Below, one piece after another: positions 28,684 through 36,931 of a stretch of DNA of 64,000 nt (positions within the stretch are counted from its first letter, which is position 1; the number at the start of each line of letters is the position of its first letter). The stretch lies in assembly GCA_947177795.1 (NCBI GenBank), contig CAMWVR010000002.1, forward strand, positions 25,764-89,763. The letters run 5' to 3'. The notes beneath the pieces were generated by a model. That model was not told the origin of the DNA. It was given only the letters and a program-made list of their open reading frames with translations, and did no database searches. The position numbers and the translations under genes were made by a program. This stretch comes from an uncultured Clostridia bacterium (GTDB lineage: Bacteria; Bacillota; Clostridia; Christensenellales; UBA3700).

Positions 28684-28890
28684 TTAATCCTCAAGTCCCA
28701 AAAGATAATCTGAAGACTCATTAAAATATTTAGCGACTAGATATATATTTTCCGCCGTCGGTTGAACTTTGCCTGTAGACCAATCGGAAATACTTGCAAC
28801 GGAAACTCCGATTGCTCTTGCAAGCGCTCTTTTGGATAAATTATTAATTTTCAGCAGTTCGGTCAGTCTTTGAGGAAATAAATTTTTCAT
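28684..28890 (-). CDS. XRE-family helix-turn-helix transcriptional regulator
   Basis: 68 aa with a classic Cro/C1 HTH (LTELLKINNLSKRALARAIGVSVASISDWSTGKVQP). Confidence 0.88.
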   Translation of the reverse strand: MKNLFPQRLTELLKINNLSKRALARAIGVSVASISDWSTGKVQPTAENIYLVAKYFNESSDYLLGLED

Positions 28891-28898
28891 ATTGTTAG

Positions 28899-28945
28899 TG
28901 TAAGATATATCTTACATTTTTGCTTGACTGTTCGATATATCTAAC
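28899..28945. promoter_or_regulatory. Two GATATATC-centred palindromic candidate operators in the XRE/lipoprotein divergent promoter region
   Basis: O1 is TGTAAGATATATCTTACA (28899-28916), a perfect 18-bp palindrome. O2 is GTTCGATATATCTAAC (28930-28945), with 1 mismatch, lying between the -35 and -10 of the lipoprotein promoter. Confidence 0.5.
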
Positions 28946-28953
28946 ATTATAAT
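28924..28953 (+). promoter_or_regulatory. Candidate promoter for the lipoprotein gene
   Basis: TTGACT (28924-28929), an 18-nt spacer, then TATAAT (28948-28953). Confidence 0.5.
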
Positions 28954-28989
28954 AGACATAACCAATAAATTTTATAAGGAGTAAAACAA

Positions 28990-30027
28990 ATGAAAAAACT
29001 AGTAGCAACAATTTTGATTGCGCTCATGGCTATGTCTTGTCTATTGGCATTTGTCGGCTGTAATGGTGACAGCGACAAAATCCCAAATGGCGATATAACT
29101 GTCGGCGCAGTTTCAAAGAAAACTTACGTAAACGCACAAAGTGCAGTCAAGGGATTTTTGCAAGAAGAAATCAGCGGCATGGAATTTACGGCAGAATTCG
29201 TTGGATATACCAAGACTTCCGACCTTTCTCAAAATGAGATAGACAGACTTACTATAGATGATATGTATAAGAATAATATAGTAAGCGTTGAAATGGGGCA
29301 GGTCAAGTATTCTGCGCAGTACGCCACGTCAAAATTGACCAGAGACGTGTACGTCATCACTTATAATACGGGAGAGTGCAGATTTATTTCTCCCGAAGTT
29401 AAAGTCGGAGAAACTTTGACGGCAAGTTATCTCAACTCTTTATTAAGCGAAATTAATTATTTAAATTCTACGTTTACGATAGACAGTAACGACCTTGAAG
29501 ACAGCGGAAAAGAGACTACAGTAAGTAGAATAGTTGGCAAGTTTACCGATAATACATATTATTATTCATTTAACTCATCGTATGACGGCGAAGAATTAAG
29601 TAGTAATAGTTTTTCGTATTTTGAAAATGATGTGATATATCTATATGGTAATGAGGTAGAAGATGAAGAGTATAACTTTGATTATTTTACAGATTTGGAT
29701 GAATCTGATTTTTTAAATGGGCTAAAAGATGGAATTTGCTGTATGTTTGATGATTATTTGCTTTTTGGCGATATGGATCATACATGCTTTGTAAAAACGT
29801 CAACGGGCTTTCATGTTAGGGAAAAACTGATGGAAGAAAATGACGAGATACCTTTTACTTCATACATTGTTTCTGTTGAAGACAAAGTGATTACGGAAGT
29901 AATTGCTAATGTTGACGACGAAGGAATGGGCAGCGTAGTTGTGAGATGCAAAATTTTTGACATCGGTACTACAAAAATAGATTTGCCAAAAGAATTTTTA
30001 GACAAAATTCAATATGTAAAACAATAA
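28990..30027 (+). CDS. Hypothetical lipoprotein
   Basis: 345 aa with a signal peptide and lipobox (LLAFVGC-NGD). The mature part is acidic and rich in Y, N and D. No family recognised. Confidence 0.7.
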   Translation: MKKLVATILIALMAMSCLLAFVGCNGDSDKIPNGDITVGAVSKKTYVNAQSAVKGFLQEEISGMEFTAEFVGYTKTSDLSQNEIDRLTIDDMYKNNIVSVEMGQVKYSAQYATSKLTRDVYVITYNTGECRFISPEVKVGETLTASYLNSLLSEINYLNSTFTIDSNDLEDSGKETTVSRIVGKFTDNTYYYSFNSSYDGEELSSNSFSYFENDVIYLYGNEVEDEEYNFDYFTDLDESDFLNGLKDGICCMFDDYLLFGDMDHTCFVKTSTGFHVREKLMEENDEIPFTSYIVSVEDKVITEVIANVDDEGMGSVVVRCKIFDIGTTKIDLPKEFLDKIQYVKQ

Positions 30028-30045
30028 TCCTATTAATTTAATGTG

Positions 30046-30082
30046 TAGTCCAAACTTTAATAACGAGTTTGGACTATTTTTT
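30046..30082 (+). terminator. Intrinsic terminator after the lipoprotein gene
   Basis: TAGTCCAAAC-(11 nt)-GTTTGGACTA followed by TTTTTT. Confidence 0.8.
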
Positions 30083-30104
30083 ATAAAAAAATATAATTAA
30101 TCAT

Positions 30105-30133
30105 TTGACAGTCAATAATTTAAGTGCTAAGAT
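30105..30133 (+). promoter_or_regulatory. Candidate promoter for ylxM-ffh
   Basis: TTGACA (30105-30110), a 17-nt spacer, then TAAGAT (30128-30133). Confidence 0.4.
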
Positions 30134-30175
30134 ATAAAGGCAAAAACCTTTATAAAGTGAAACTGCTTTAGAGAT

Positions 30176-30499
30176 ATGGAAAAGAAAGACAGGCTATTTA
30201 TCAGCATATACAATGACTATTACGGCGCTTTGTTGACGGAGTATCAGAGACAGATAGTCGACGAGTATTACAATCTTGATATGTCGCTCAGCGAACTTGC
30301 CGAAGAGCACGGCATTTCGCCGCAAGGCGTGAGAGACGCTTTGAAGAGAGCGGAAAAGCAGTTGGAAGGTTTTGAAGAAAAATTGGGTCTTGTCAAGAAG
30401 TCGCAAAGTGTGATAGAATTATTACAAGACGCGGCAAGCGACTGCGGCGAAAAAGGACAAGCAAAATTAAAAGAGGCAATAGACATTCTCAAAGATTGA
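30176..30499 (+). CDS. ylxM: YlxM/UPF0122 putative DNA-binding protein (sigma-70 region-4-like), usual partner of ffh
   Basis: 107 aa with YGALLTEYQRQIVDEYYNLDMSLSELAEEHGISPQGVRDALKRAE, located immediately upstream of ffh. Confidence 0.88.
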   Translation: MEKKDRLFISIYNDYYGALLTEYQRQIVDEYYNLDMSLSELAEEHGISPQGVRDALKRAEKQLEGFEEKLGLVKKSQSVIELLQDAASDCGEKGQAKLKEAIDILKD

Positions 30500-30518
30500 G
30501 ACGCCAAAGGGAGGAATA

Positions 30519-31853
30519 ATGGGAGCATTCAGCGGACTTAGCGAAAGACTGTCGCACATATTTTCCAAAATGAAAGACAAGGGCAAACTTACCGAGCTTG
30601 AAGTAAAGCAGGCTATGAGAGAAGTGCGCATTGCTCTTTTGGAGGCGGACGTCAATCTTTCGGTAGTCAAGCAATTTATCAACAACGTCAGCGAGAAGGC
30701 TGTAGGCGACGACATACTCAAAGGTCTCAATCCGACCCAACAGGTAATCAAGGTCGTCAATGAAGAGCTCATTGCGATAATGGGTACCAATCACAGCAAG
30801 ATAAACATCGCCGACAAACCGCCTACCATTATTCTTATGTGCGGACTTCAGGGTAGCGGTAAGACGACCATGTGCGGAAAACTTGCCGTAATGCTCCGCA
30901 AGCAAGGCAAGAATCCTATGCTCGTTGCGTGCGATATATACAGACCTGCGGCAATCAAGCAATTGCAGATAGTGGGCAAGAACGCTAACGTACCCGTATT
31001 TGAAAAGGGACAGATCAATCCTCAAAAGATCGTCAAAGAGGCTCTCAAGCAAGCCGAGCACTCGGGCAACGACGTGCTTATCGTGGATACGGCAGGCAGA
31101 TTGCATATCGACGAAGAGTTGATGGACGAGATAAGCGGACTTAAGAAATCCTTTAATCCGCATGAGATACTTCTCGTAGTAGACTCTATGACGGGTCAAG
31201 ACGCTGTCAACGTAGCCGCCAAGTTCAACGAAGTTATGGACGTCACAGGCGTGGTATTGACAAAGCTCGACGGCGACACAAGAGGCGGCGCGGCGTTGTC
31301 TATAAGAGCTGTTACGGGCAAGCCTATCAAGTTTTGCGGCGTAGGCGAAAAGCTCAGCGATATAGAGATATTCTATCCCGACAGAATGGCGTCGAGAATA
31401 CTCGGCATGGGCGACGTGCTTACTCTTATCGAAAAGGCTCAATCGGCTTTCAGCGAGCAAGAGGCATTGGAGATGCAAAAGAAGATGCGTACCAATACCT
31501 TTACGCTTGAGGACTATCTTGCTCAAATGGAAAAGATGAAGGGTATGGGGGATATGTCGCAGATGATCTCCATGATACCGGGACTTGCAGGCAAACTCAA
31601 CGGCAAGAACGTCGATATAGACGAGAGCAAGATTGCCAAGTCCAAGGCAATAATTCAGTCGATGACAGTCAAGGAAAGACGCAACCCCGATATCATCAAG
31701 TCGTCGCAAAAGAAGAGAATCGCAATGGGCAGCGGCACCAACGTGCAGGACGTCAACGCTCTTCTCAAGCAATTTGCGCAGACGCAGGATATGATGCAAA
31801 AGATGACCAATATGGGCAAGAGGGGAATGCGTGGGATGAAACTCCCATTCTAG
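30519..31853 (+). CDS. ffh: Signal recognition particle protein Ffh
   Basis: 444 aa with GLQGSGKTT, DTAGR, TKLDGDTRGGAALS, and a Met-rich M domain. Confidence 0.96.
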   Translation: MGAFSGLSERLSHIFSKMKDKGKLTELEVKQAMREVRIALLEADVNLSVVKQFINNVSEKAVGDDILKGLNPTQQVIKVVNEELIAIMGTNHSKINIADKPPTIILMCGLQGSGKTTMCGKLAVMLRKQGKNPMLVACDIYRPAAIKQLQIVGKNANVPVFEKGQINPQKIVKEALKQAEHSGNDVLIVDTAGRLHIDEELMDEISGLKKSFNPHEILLVVDSMTGQDAVNVAAKFNEVMDVTGVVLTKLDGDTRGGAALSIRAVTGKPIKFCGVGEKLSDIEIFYPDRMASRILGMGDVLTLIEKAQSAFSEQEALEMQKKMRTNTFTLEDYLAQMEKMKGMGDMSQMISMIPGLAGKLNGKNVDIDESKIAKSKAIIQSMTVKERRNPDIIKSSQKKRIAMGSGTNVQDVNALLKQFAQTQDMMQKMTNMGKRGMRGMKLPF

Positions 31854-31930
31854 AAATAACGCATATATCACCCTACCGACCAAACGAAAATGTCGCAAGG
31901 CTCCATTTTGTCGGTACTTATTAAGCGGAT

Positions 31931-32189
31931 TAGATTTCTCGACTGCGCTCGAAATGACATAAAAAGTTTGGTAGATGTGACATAGAGAATAAACTAAGTG
32001 ACAAATCTTCTGTCATTTCGACCGAAACGAAGTGAAGCGGAGAAGTCTCTACAGTCAACGAGTCACTCTGAGCGAAACATAGTGTAGACGTAAGGAGCGT
32101 AGCGACGGCATAGCGAGCAAGCAGGTGCGTCTCGTGCGAGCGTCAGAGTCTAATACGGATATAGACCTCTCCGCTACGGTCGAGGTGAC
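31931..32189. repeat. Type-1 repeat cluster between ffh and rpsP (4 units, including one long-loop variant)
   Basis: Units: 31931-31958 (-, identical to 14424-14451), 32012-32047 (+, TTTC/GAAG, G.T-type), and 32062-32152 (+, CTCT/AGAG boxes about 75 nt apart enclosing module-3 sequence). The fourth unit is 32162-32189 (-, CCTC/GAGG, loop CGTAGC). Confidence 0.88.
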
Positions 32190-32265
32190 AGAATAAATAA
32201 TAGATACAAATAAAAACATTATAAATCGCATCCAATGATGCAAAAGAAAAAGGAGAACTAAAACA

Positions 32266-32511
32266 ATGGCAGTAAAACTCAGACTTACAAGAATGGGCGC
32301 AAAGAAGACCCCGTTCTATCGTATCGTGGCAATCGACAGCAGAAAGGCAAGAGACGGACAATATCTTGACAATATCGGATATTACGACGCTACCAAGAAC
32401 CCTGCGGAAGTCAAGATCGACAGCGAAAAGGCTAACTATTGGCTCGGCGTAGGCGCTCAACCCACCGATACGGTAAGAGGTCTTTTGAAGAAAGAGAACA
32501 TTATCAAGTAA
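32266..32511 (+). CDS. rpsP: 30S ribosomal protein S16
   Basis: 81 aa starting [26 protein letters not shown]. Confidence 0.97.
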   Translation: MAVKLRLTRMGAKKTPFYRIVAIDSRKARDGQYLDNIGYYDATKNPAEVKIDSEKANYWLGVGAQPTDTVRGLLKKENIIK

Positions 32512-32522
32512 TAGAGGACATT

Positions 32523-32756
32523 ATGGAAGAATTGGTAAGATTTATCGTCAACGAACTTGTCGACAACAAAGAGGCTTTTGAAGTCAAGTCGCAAGTCGAG
32601 GACGGCATAACGGTCATCAATATCTATGCGGAGAAAGAAGAAATCGGAAAGATAATCGGAAAGCAAGGCAGAATTGCCAAGGCTATCCGCACGATAGTCA
32701 AGGCAGGCAGCGGCAAAGACAGTCGCAAAGTATCCGTCGAAATTATTGAAAAATAA
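32523..32756 (+). CDS. KH-domain RNA-binding protein (YlqC/UPF0109)
   Basis: ATG at 32523, 77 aa, with the GKIIGKQGRIAKAIRTIV (GXXG KH) motif. The upstream extension in the ORF track overlaps rpsP. Confidence 0.88.
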   Translation: MEELVRFIVNELVDNKEAFEVKSQVEDGITVINIYAEKEEIGKIIGKQGRIAKAIRTIVKAGSGKDSRKVSVEIIEK

Positions 32757-33256
32757 TGGATAGACTTACTATCGGATATATCTCGAAAGCGCAGGGAGTC
32801 AAAGGAGAAGTCAAAATATCGCCTTTGACTGACGACGAAAGCAGATTTAAAAAACTCAAAAGCGTATACCTAGACGGCAAGTCTTACGCAGTCAAAAGCG
32901 TAAGACTTTTGCCCAATGGGATTTTTATGAGTTTTGAGGGTATCGACGATCGCAACGCCGCAGAACTTTTGAGAGACAAAGAAATTCAGATAGAGCGAAA
33001 AGACGCAATAAATCTGCCCGAAGACAGATATTTTATCGTCGACGTAGTGGGTTGCGAGGTGTTTGCAAACGACGAGAAGTTGGGCAAGCTTATCGACGTT
33101 TTGCAATACGGTTCAGCCGACGTATACGTCATTTCCACGCCTAATGGCAAGGCTATGATACCTGCCATAGAGAGAATTATCAAACAAGTCGACGTCGCTG
33201 ACAAGAAAATTTTGCTTGACAAAGACGCTTGGAACGACCTTGTCGTGTTCGAATAA
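32756..33256 (+). CDS. rimM: 16S rRNA processing protein RimM
   Basis: 166 aa with GYISKAQGVKGEVKI and a PRC-barrel C-terminus, in the canonical position between the KH protein and trmD. Confidence 0.9.
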   Translation: MDRLTIGYISKAQGVKGEVKISPLTDDESRFKKLKSVYLDGKSYAVKSVRLLPNGIFMSFEGIDDRNAAELLRDKEIQIERKDAINLPEDRYFIVDVVGCEVFANDEKLGKLIDVLQYGSADVYVISTPNGKAMIPAIERIIKQVDVADKKILLDKDAWNDLVVFE

Positions 33257-33259
33257 AAT

Positions 33260-33982
33260 ATGATAATCAAAGTTGCGACAATATTTCCCGAGATGTTTTC
33301 CACGCTCGATATAGGCATACTTGGCAAGGCAAAGCAAAAAGGCTTGCTTGACTTGCGTATTGTCAATATCAGAGATTATTCCACGGACAAGCATAAGAAG
33401 ACCGACGACGCTCCTTTTGGCGGCGGCGCAGGCATGGTCATGACTCCTCAGCCTCTTCACGATACAATAAAGGCATTGGACGGCGAGCATAAGGCGAAGA
33501 GGATATATCTATCTCCCAAGGGCTCTACGCTCAATCAAGAGATAGTCGAAAGGCTAGCCAAAGAAGAAGAGCTTTTGCTCGTATGCGGAAGTTACGAGGG
33601 AATCGACGAGCGCATAATCGAGATGGATATCGACGAGGAGATATCCATTGGCGATTACGTATTGACGGGCGGAGAATTGCCTGCAATGGTGCTCATCAAC
33701 GCAGTGAGCAGATACGTCGACGGAGTGCTTGGCAGCAGCGAGTCCACAAGCGAAGAGAGCTTTGCAAGCGGACTTTTGGAATATCCGCAATACACTCGTC
33801 CCGCTGTCTTCGAAGGAATGGCGGTGCCCGAGGTTTTGCTTGGCGGAAACCATGCGGAGATAGCAAAGTGGCGGTATCAAAAACAAATCGAGATCACTCG
33901 ACAAAGAAGAGACGATTTATATCAAAAGATATTGCCTACGTTTGAAAATGACAAAAAGGCAAAGGGCAAAAAAGGAGAGTAG
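33260..33982 (+). CDS. trmD: tRNA (guanine37-N1)-methyltransferase TrmD
   Basis: 240 aa with DDAPFGGGAGMVM, CGSYEGIDERI, SIGDYVLTGGELPAMV and GNHAEIAKWR. Confidence 0.96.
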   Translation: MIIKVATIFPEMFSTLDIGILGKAKQKGLLDLRIVNIRDYSTDKHKKTDDAPFGGGAGMVMTPQPLHDTIKALDGEHKAKRIYLSPKGSTLNQEIVERLAKEEELLLVCGSYEGIDERIIEMDIDEEISIGDYVLTGGELPAMVLINAVSRYVDGVLGSSESTSEESFASGLLEYPQYTRPAVFEGMAVPEVLLGGNHAEIAKWRYQKQIEITRQRRDDLYQKILPTFENDKKAKGKKGE

Positions 33983-33983
33983 T

Positions 33984-34286
33984 ATGCGATACAAAAATGC
34001 GATAGAGCAGTTGCTTGACGAGACTAACGACGAGACGGTGTATCTCAAAAGCGATACCGACGGCGCAATACAGGCGTTTGAGCAAATGGCTTTGATTGCT
34101 TACGACAAGAAGCTGTACGCTATTTTGGTACGCAAAGAGGACTACGATTCGGGCAATATCGAGAATGCGGGGCTTGTATTCGAGGTTGACGAAAAACGTC
34201 AAAAACTCGACGAAGTGACGGACGACAATATCATATTCGAGGTATTCGACCTATACGACAAGATGTTTGAAGAGGGTGGATACTGA
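33984..34286 (+). CDS. DUF1292-family small acidic protein
   Basis: ATG at 33984 after AAAGGAGAG, 100 aa, with the pattern FEQMALIAYDKKLYAILV...VFEV typical of DUF1292. Confidence 0.7.
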   Translation: MRYKNAIEQLLDETNDETVYLKSDTDGAIQAFEQMALIAYDKKLYAILVRKEDYDSGNIENAGLVFEVDEKRQKLDEVTDDNIIFEVFDLYDKMFEEGGY

Positions 34287-35131
34287 TGCATATTCAATGG
34301 TATCCCGGACACATGACCAAGGCGATGCGTATGATGCAAGAGGCTATCAAGCAAGTCGACTGCGTGATATACGTGCTTGATTGCAGGGCAATATCGTCGT
34401 GTATCAATCCCAAGTTTGACGAATTGATAAAGGACAAGCCTATTTTATACGTCCTCACGAAGAGCGATTTGGTTGAGCAAAAGGACGCAAAACTTTGGAT
34501 AGAGTATTTCAGCAAAGCAGGCAAGAATTTTGTCGTAGCCGACAATATCACGGGAAGACAGCGAAATCAAATCATTGACAAGTTGCGTCAAATCAACGCC
34601 GAAATGATTGAGCGATATGCGCAAAAAGGCGCAAAGAAGAGCATCAGAGCAATGGTAGTCGGCGCTCCCAATACGGGCAAGTCGACACTTATCAACTGTC
34701 TTTGCAAAGATAAGCGAACTATCGTGGGCAATCGTCCCGGCGTGACGCGTGGCAAACAGTGGGTGACTCTTGCCGAGGGCATAGAGTTGTTGGATACCCC
34801 CGGAGCGTTGCCGCCTGCGTTTGAAGACCAGCAAAAGGCTTTGCACCTTGCTTTCATAGGCTCGATAAAGGAAGATATATTGCACCTCGACGACCTTGCG
34901 ATAGAGATTATCAAGTATTGCCAAGAGCATTGTTACGACACTTTTTGCGCAAGATACAAGATTGACAAAATCGACGAAGATATGGTCGCCGTATTTGACG
35001 ATATAGCAAAGAGCAGAGGCTATTTGCTAGGCAAAAAAGGCTACGATTATGACCGTACGGCAAAGGCTGTCGTCAATGATTTCAAGAGTCAGAAATTGGG
35101 CAAAATAATGTTGGATTATCCGATTTATTGA
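34286..35131 (+). CDS. rbgA: Ribosome biogenesis GTPase A (YlqF/RbgA), circularly permuted GTPase
   Basis: 281 aa starting MHIQWYPGHMTKA, with LTKSDL (G4) preceding GAPNTGKST (G1) and DTPG (G3). Confidence 0.93.
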   Translation: MHIQWYPGHMTKAMRMMQEAIKQVDCVIYVLDCRAISSCINPKFDELIKDKPILYVLTKSDLVEQKDAKLWIEYFSKAGKNFVVADNITGRQRNQIIDKLRQINAEMIERYAQKGAKKSIRAMVVGAPNTGKSTLINCLCKDKRTIVGNRPGVTRGKQWVTLAEGIELLDTPGALPPAFEDQQKALHLAFIGSIKEDILHLDDLAIEIIKYCQEHCYDTFCARYKIDKIDEDMVAVFDDIAKSRGYLLGKKGYDYDRTAKAVVNDFKSQKLGKIMLDYPIY

Positions 35132-35144
35132 GAAATAAGGTCTT

Positions 35145-35277
35145 GTCATTTTGACGACAATATTTTGTCATTTCGACCGAAGTGGAGAAATCTAAATCAA
35201 TGTGGAAAGAGACCTCTCGACTACGCTCGAGGTGACATATGTATATTTAGCTAAATAAAATTAAGTCGAAGAGTCTA
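35145..35277. repeat. Type-1 repeat cluster between rbgA and rnhB
   Basis: A truncated head at 35145. Complete units at 35167-35194 (+, TTTC/GAAA, loop CGAAGT) and 35209-35236 (-, CCTC/GAGG, loop CGTAGT). An isolated tail AGTCGAAGAGTCTA at 35264-35277. Confidence 0.85.
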
Positions 35278-35312
35278 TAAAAAATATTATAAAATCACAA
35301 AAGGAAAGTATT

Positions 35313-35948
35313 ATGGCAAGGACAAAACACGACACTTTTACTATGCTAGAGTATGAGCATAAATATCTTGATTTAGGCAAAAAATATATTGCGGGTGTCG
35401 ATGAAGTGGGCAGAGGACCTTTGGCAGGACCCGTCGTAGTCGCTTGCGTAATTATGCCGCTTGGCGACGAAGATATCATTCAAGGCGTCAACGATTCTAA
35501 GAAAGTCAGCGAGAAAAACAGAGAGCTATTATTTGACAAAATAATGCAAAAAGCCATTGCTTGCAAAATTGAGTGGGCGGACGAAAAAGTCATTGACGAA
35601 ATCAATATTTTAGCCGCTACAAAGAGATGTATGCAGAGAGCAATCGACGGTATGAAGTTGCCGCCTGACGTCGTGTTGATAGACGCCGTAAATTTGGATT
35701 GCAAATACCCTATAGAACCAATTATCAAGGGCGACGCAAAAAGTTATTCAATTGCTTGCGCGTCTATCGTCGCAAAGGTCACGAGGGATAGATATATGGC
35801 GGAGATGAGCGAGAAATATCCCGAGTACGGTTTTGAGTCCAACAAGGGCTACGGCTCGGCAAAACATATCGAGGCATTAAAAAGCGTCGGGGCTTGTCCG
35901 ATACACCGCAGAAGTTTCATCAAGAATTTTGTAGATAACGAGGAATAG
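35313..35948 (+). CDS. rnhB: Ribonuclease HII
   Basis: 211 aa with GVDEVGRGPLAGPVV, DSKK and KGYGS motifs. Confidence 0.94.
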   Translation: MARTKHDTFTMLEYEHKYLDLGKKYIAGVDEVGRGPLAGPVVVACVIMPLGDEDIIQGVNDSKKVSEKNRELLFDKIMQKAIACKIEWADEKVIDEINILAATKRCMQRAIDGMKLPPDVVLIDAVNLDCKYPIEPIIKGDAKSYSIACASIVAKVTRDRYMAEMSEKYPEYGFESNKGYGSAKHIEALKSVGACPIHRRSFIKNFVDNEE

Positions 35949-35950
35949 AG

Positions 35951-36295
35951 ATGAACAACAGAAAGTCGGGCATCGAGGGCGAGAATATCGCCGTAGAATA
36001 TCTCAAAAAGCAAGGCTACGCTATTATGGAACGCAACTTCAACACTAAGGTGGGGGAGATAGACATAATCGCCCGAGACAAAGACACTATCGTATTCGTC
36101 GAAGTAAAGGCTAGAGAAAACACCAAGTTTGGACAGCCTATAGAAAGCGTCACAAATCAAAAAGTCCGAAGTATAATTAGGACGGCTCAATGGTATTTGA
36201 CGTCAAAACGCAAATACGATTATCCTTGCAGATTCGACGTGATAGAGATACTTCGCGGAGAAGTGACGCATACTAAGAACGCTTTCACTATGTAG
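35951..36295 (+). CDS. yraN: YraN-family (UPF0102) endonuclease-like protein
   Basis: 114 aa with GEIDIIARDKDTIVFVEVKAR and RFDVIEI motifs. Confidence 0.88.
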   Translation: MNNRKSGIEGENIAVEYLKKQGYAIMERNFNTKVGEIDIIARDKDTIVFVEVKARENTKFGQPIESVTNQKVRSIIRTAQWYLTSKRKYDYPCRFDVIEILRGEVTHTKNAFTM

Positions 36296-36320
36296 GCAAA
36301 CGCTTATTAGCGCGCCGTGT

Positions 36321-36340
36321 GCCTCGACGCTCGAGGTCAC
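36321..36340 (-). repeat. Degenerate type-1-like hairpin (CCTCGA-CGC-TCGAGG)
   Basis: The minus strand reads GTGACCTCGAGCGTCGAGGC. It resembles a CCTC-box unit that has lost the 3' GA step, and may also serve as the yraN terminator stem. Confidence 0.4.
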
Positions 36341-36409
36341 GTAAAATTAGACGTCATCGTAAATCGAGCGATTATTTTATAAAAATATGCAAAAAGCAAT
36401 AAAAATCGC

Positions 36410-36438
36410 TTGCATAAAGATTTTTTTAATGATAGAAT
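36410..36438 (+). promoter_or_regulatory. Candidate promoter for rplS
   Basis: TTGCAT (36410-36415), a 17-nt spacer, then TAGAAT (36433-36438). This leaves a leader of about 85 nt. Confidence 0.5.
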
Positions 36439-36527
36439 AGTCTAGTCAATGACTTCGGATATTCCTCTGTCGGACAAAATCCCAAACCGTACAAGAATAT
36501 TTCGTTTCAAAATTGGAGGTAAGTCAA

Positions 36528-36872
36528 ATGAATATTGTAGACATCGTAGAAAAAGAAGGAATGCGCACAGATCTTCCTGAACTTGCAATCGGCGACACCG
36601 TGAGAGTCAACGTTAAGATTAAGGAAGGCGACAAGGAAAGAATACAGGCTTTTGAGGGCGTAATCATTGCTTTCAAGAACGGTAGCATAAGAGAAACTTT
36701 TACCGTAAGAAGAGTATCTTTCGGTATCGGCGTAGAGAGAACGTTCCCGCTTCACTCACCAAAGATCGACAGCATCAAGGTAGTTCGTCACGGAAGAGTC
36801 AGAAGAGCAAAACTCTATTACTTGCGTAATAAGTTCGGCAAGGCTGCAAGACTTAGAGAAATCGTTAGATAA
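36528..36872 (+). CDS. rplS: 50S ribosomal protein L19
   Basis: ATG at 36528 after GGAGGT, 114 aa, with [27 protein letters not shown] and RRAKLYYLR. Confidence 0.96.
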   Translation: MNIVDIVEKEGMRTDLPELAIGDTVRVNVKIKEGDKERIQAFEGVIIAFKNGSIRETFTVRRVSFGIGVERTFPLHSPKIDSIKVVRHGRVRRAKLYYLRNKFGKAARLREIVR

Positions 36873-36888
36873 TAATTACGGCAATTAC

Positions 36889-36917
36889 GGCGCGCGTCAA
36901 AAGACGCGCGTTTTTTT
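36889..36917 (+). terminator. Intrinsic terminator after rplS
   Basis: GC-rich stem CGCGCGTC-AAAA-GACGCGCG followed by TTTTTTT. Confidence 0.9.
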
Positions 36918-36931
36918 AGGGAGAAACTAAA

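Noticed and set aside
30489-31898. 469-aa ORF antisense to ffh
   Set aside because: It is a shadow ORF opposite a highly conserved gene, with no RBS and an implausible R/H/L-rich composition.
31874-31916. Hairpin TACCGAC...GTCGGTA right after ffh as an intrinsic terminator
   Set aside because: The stem is interrupted and not followed by a U-run. It may be structural, but I cannot support a terminator call.
32055-32460. ORFs of 62 and 105 aa on the minus strand between ffh and rpsP
   Set aside because: They are read through the repeat cluster and the antisense of rpsP. Similar pseudo-ORFs arise wherever the repeats occur.
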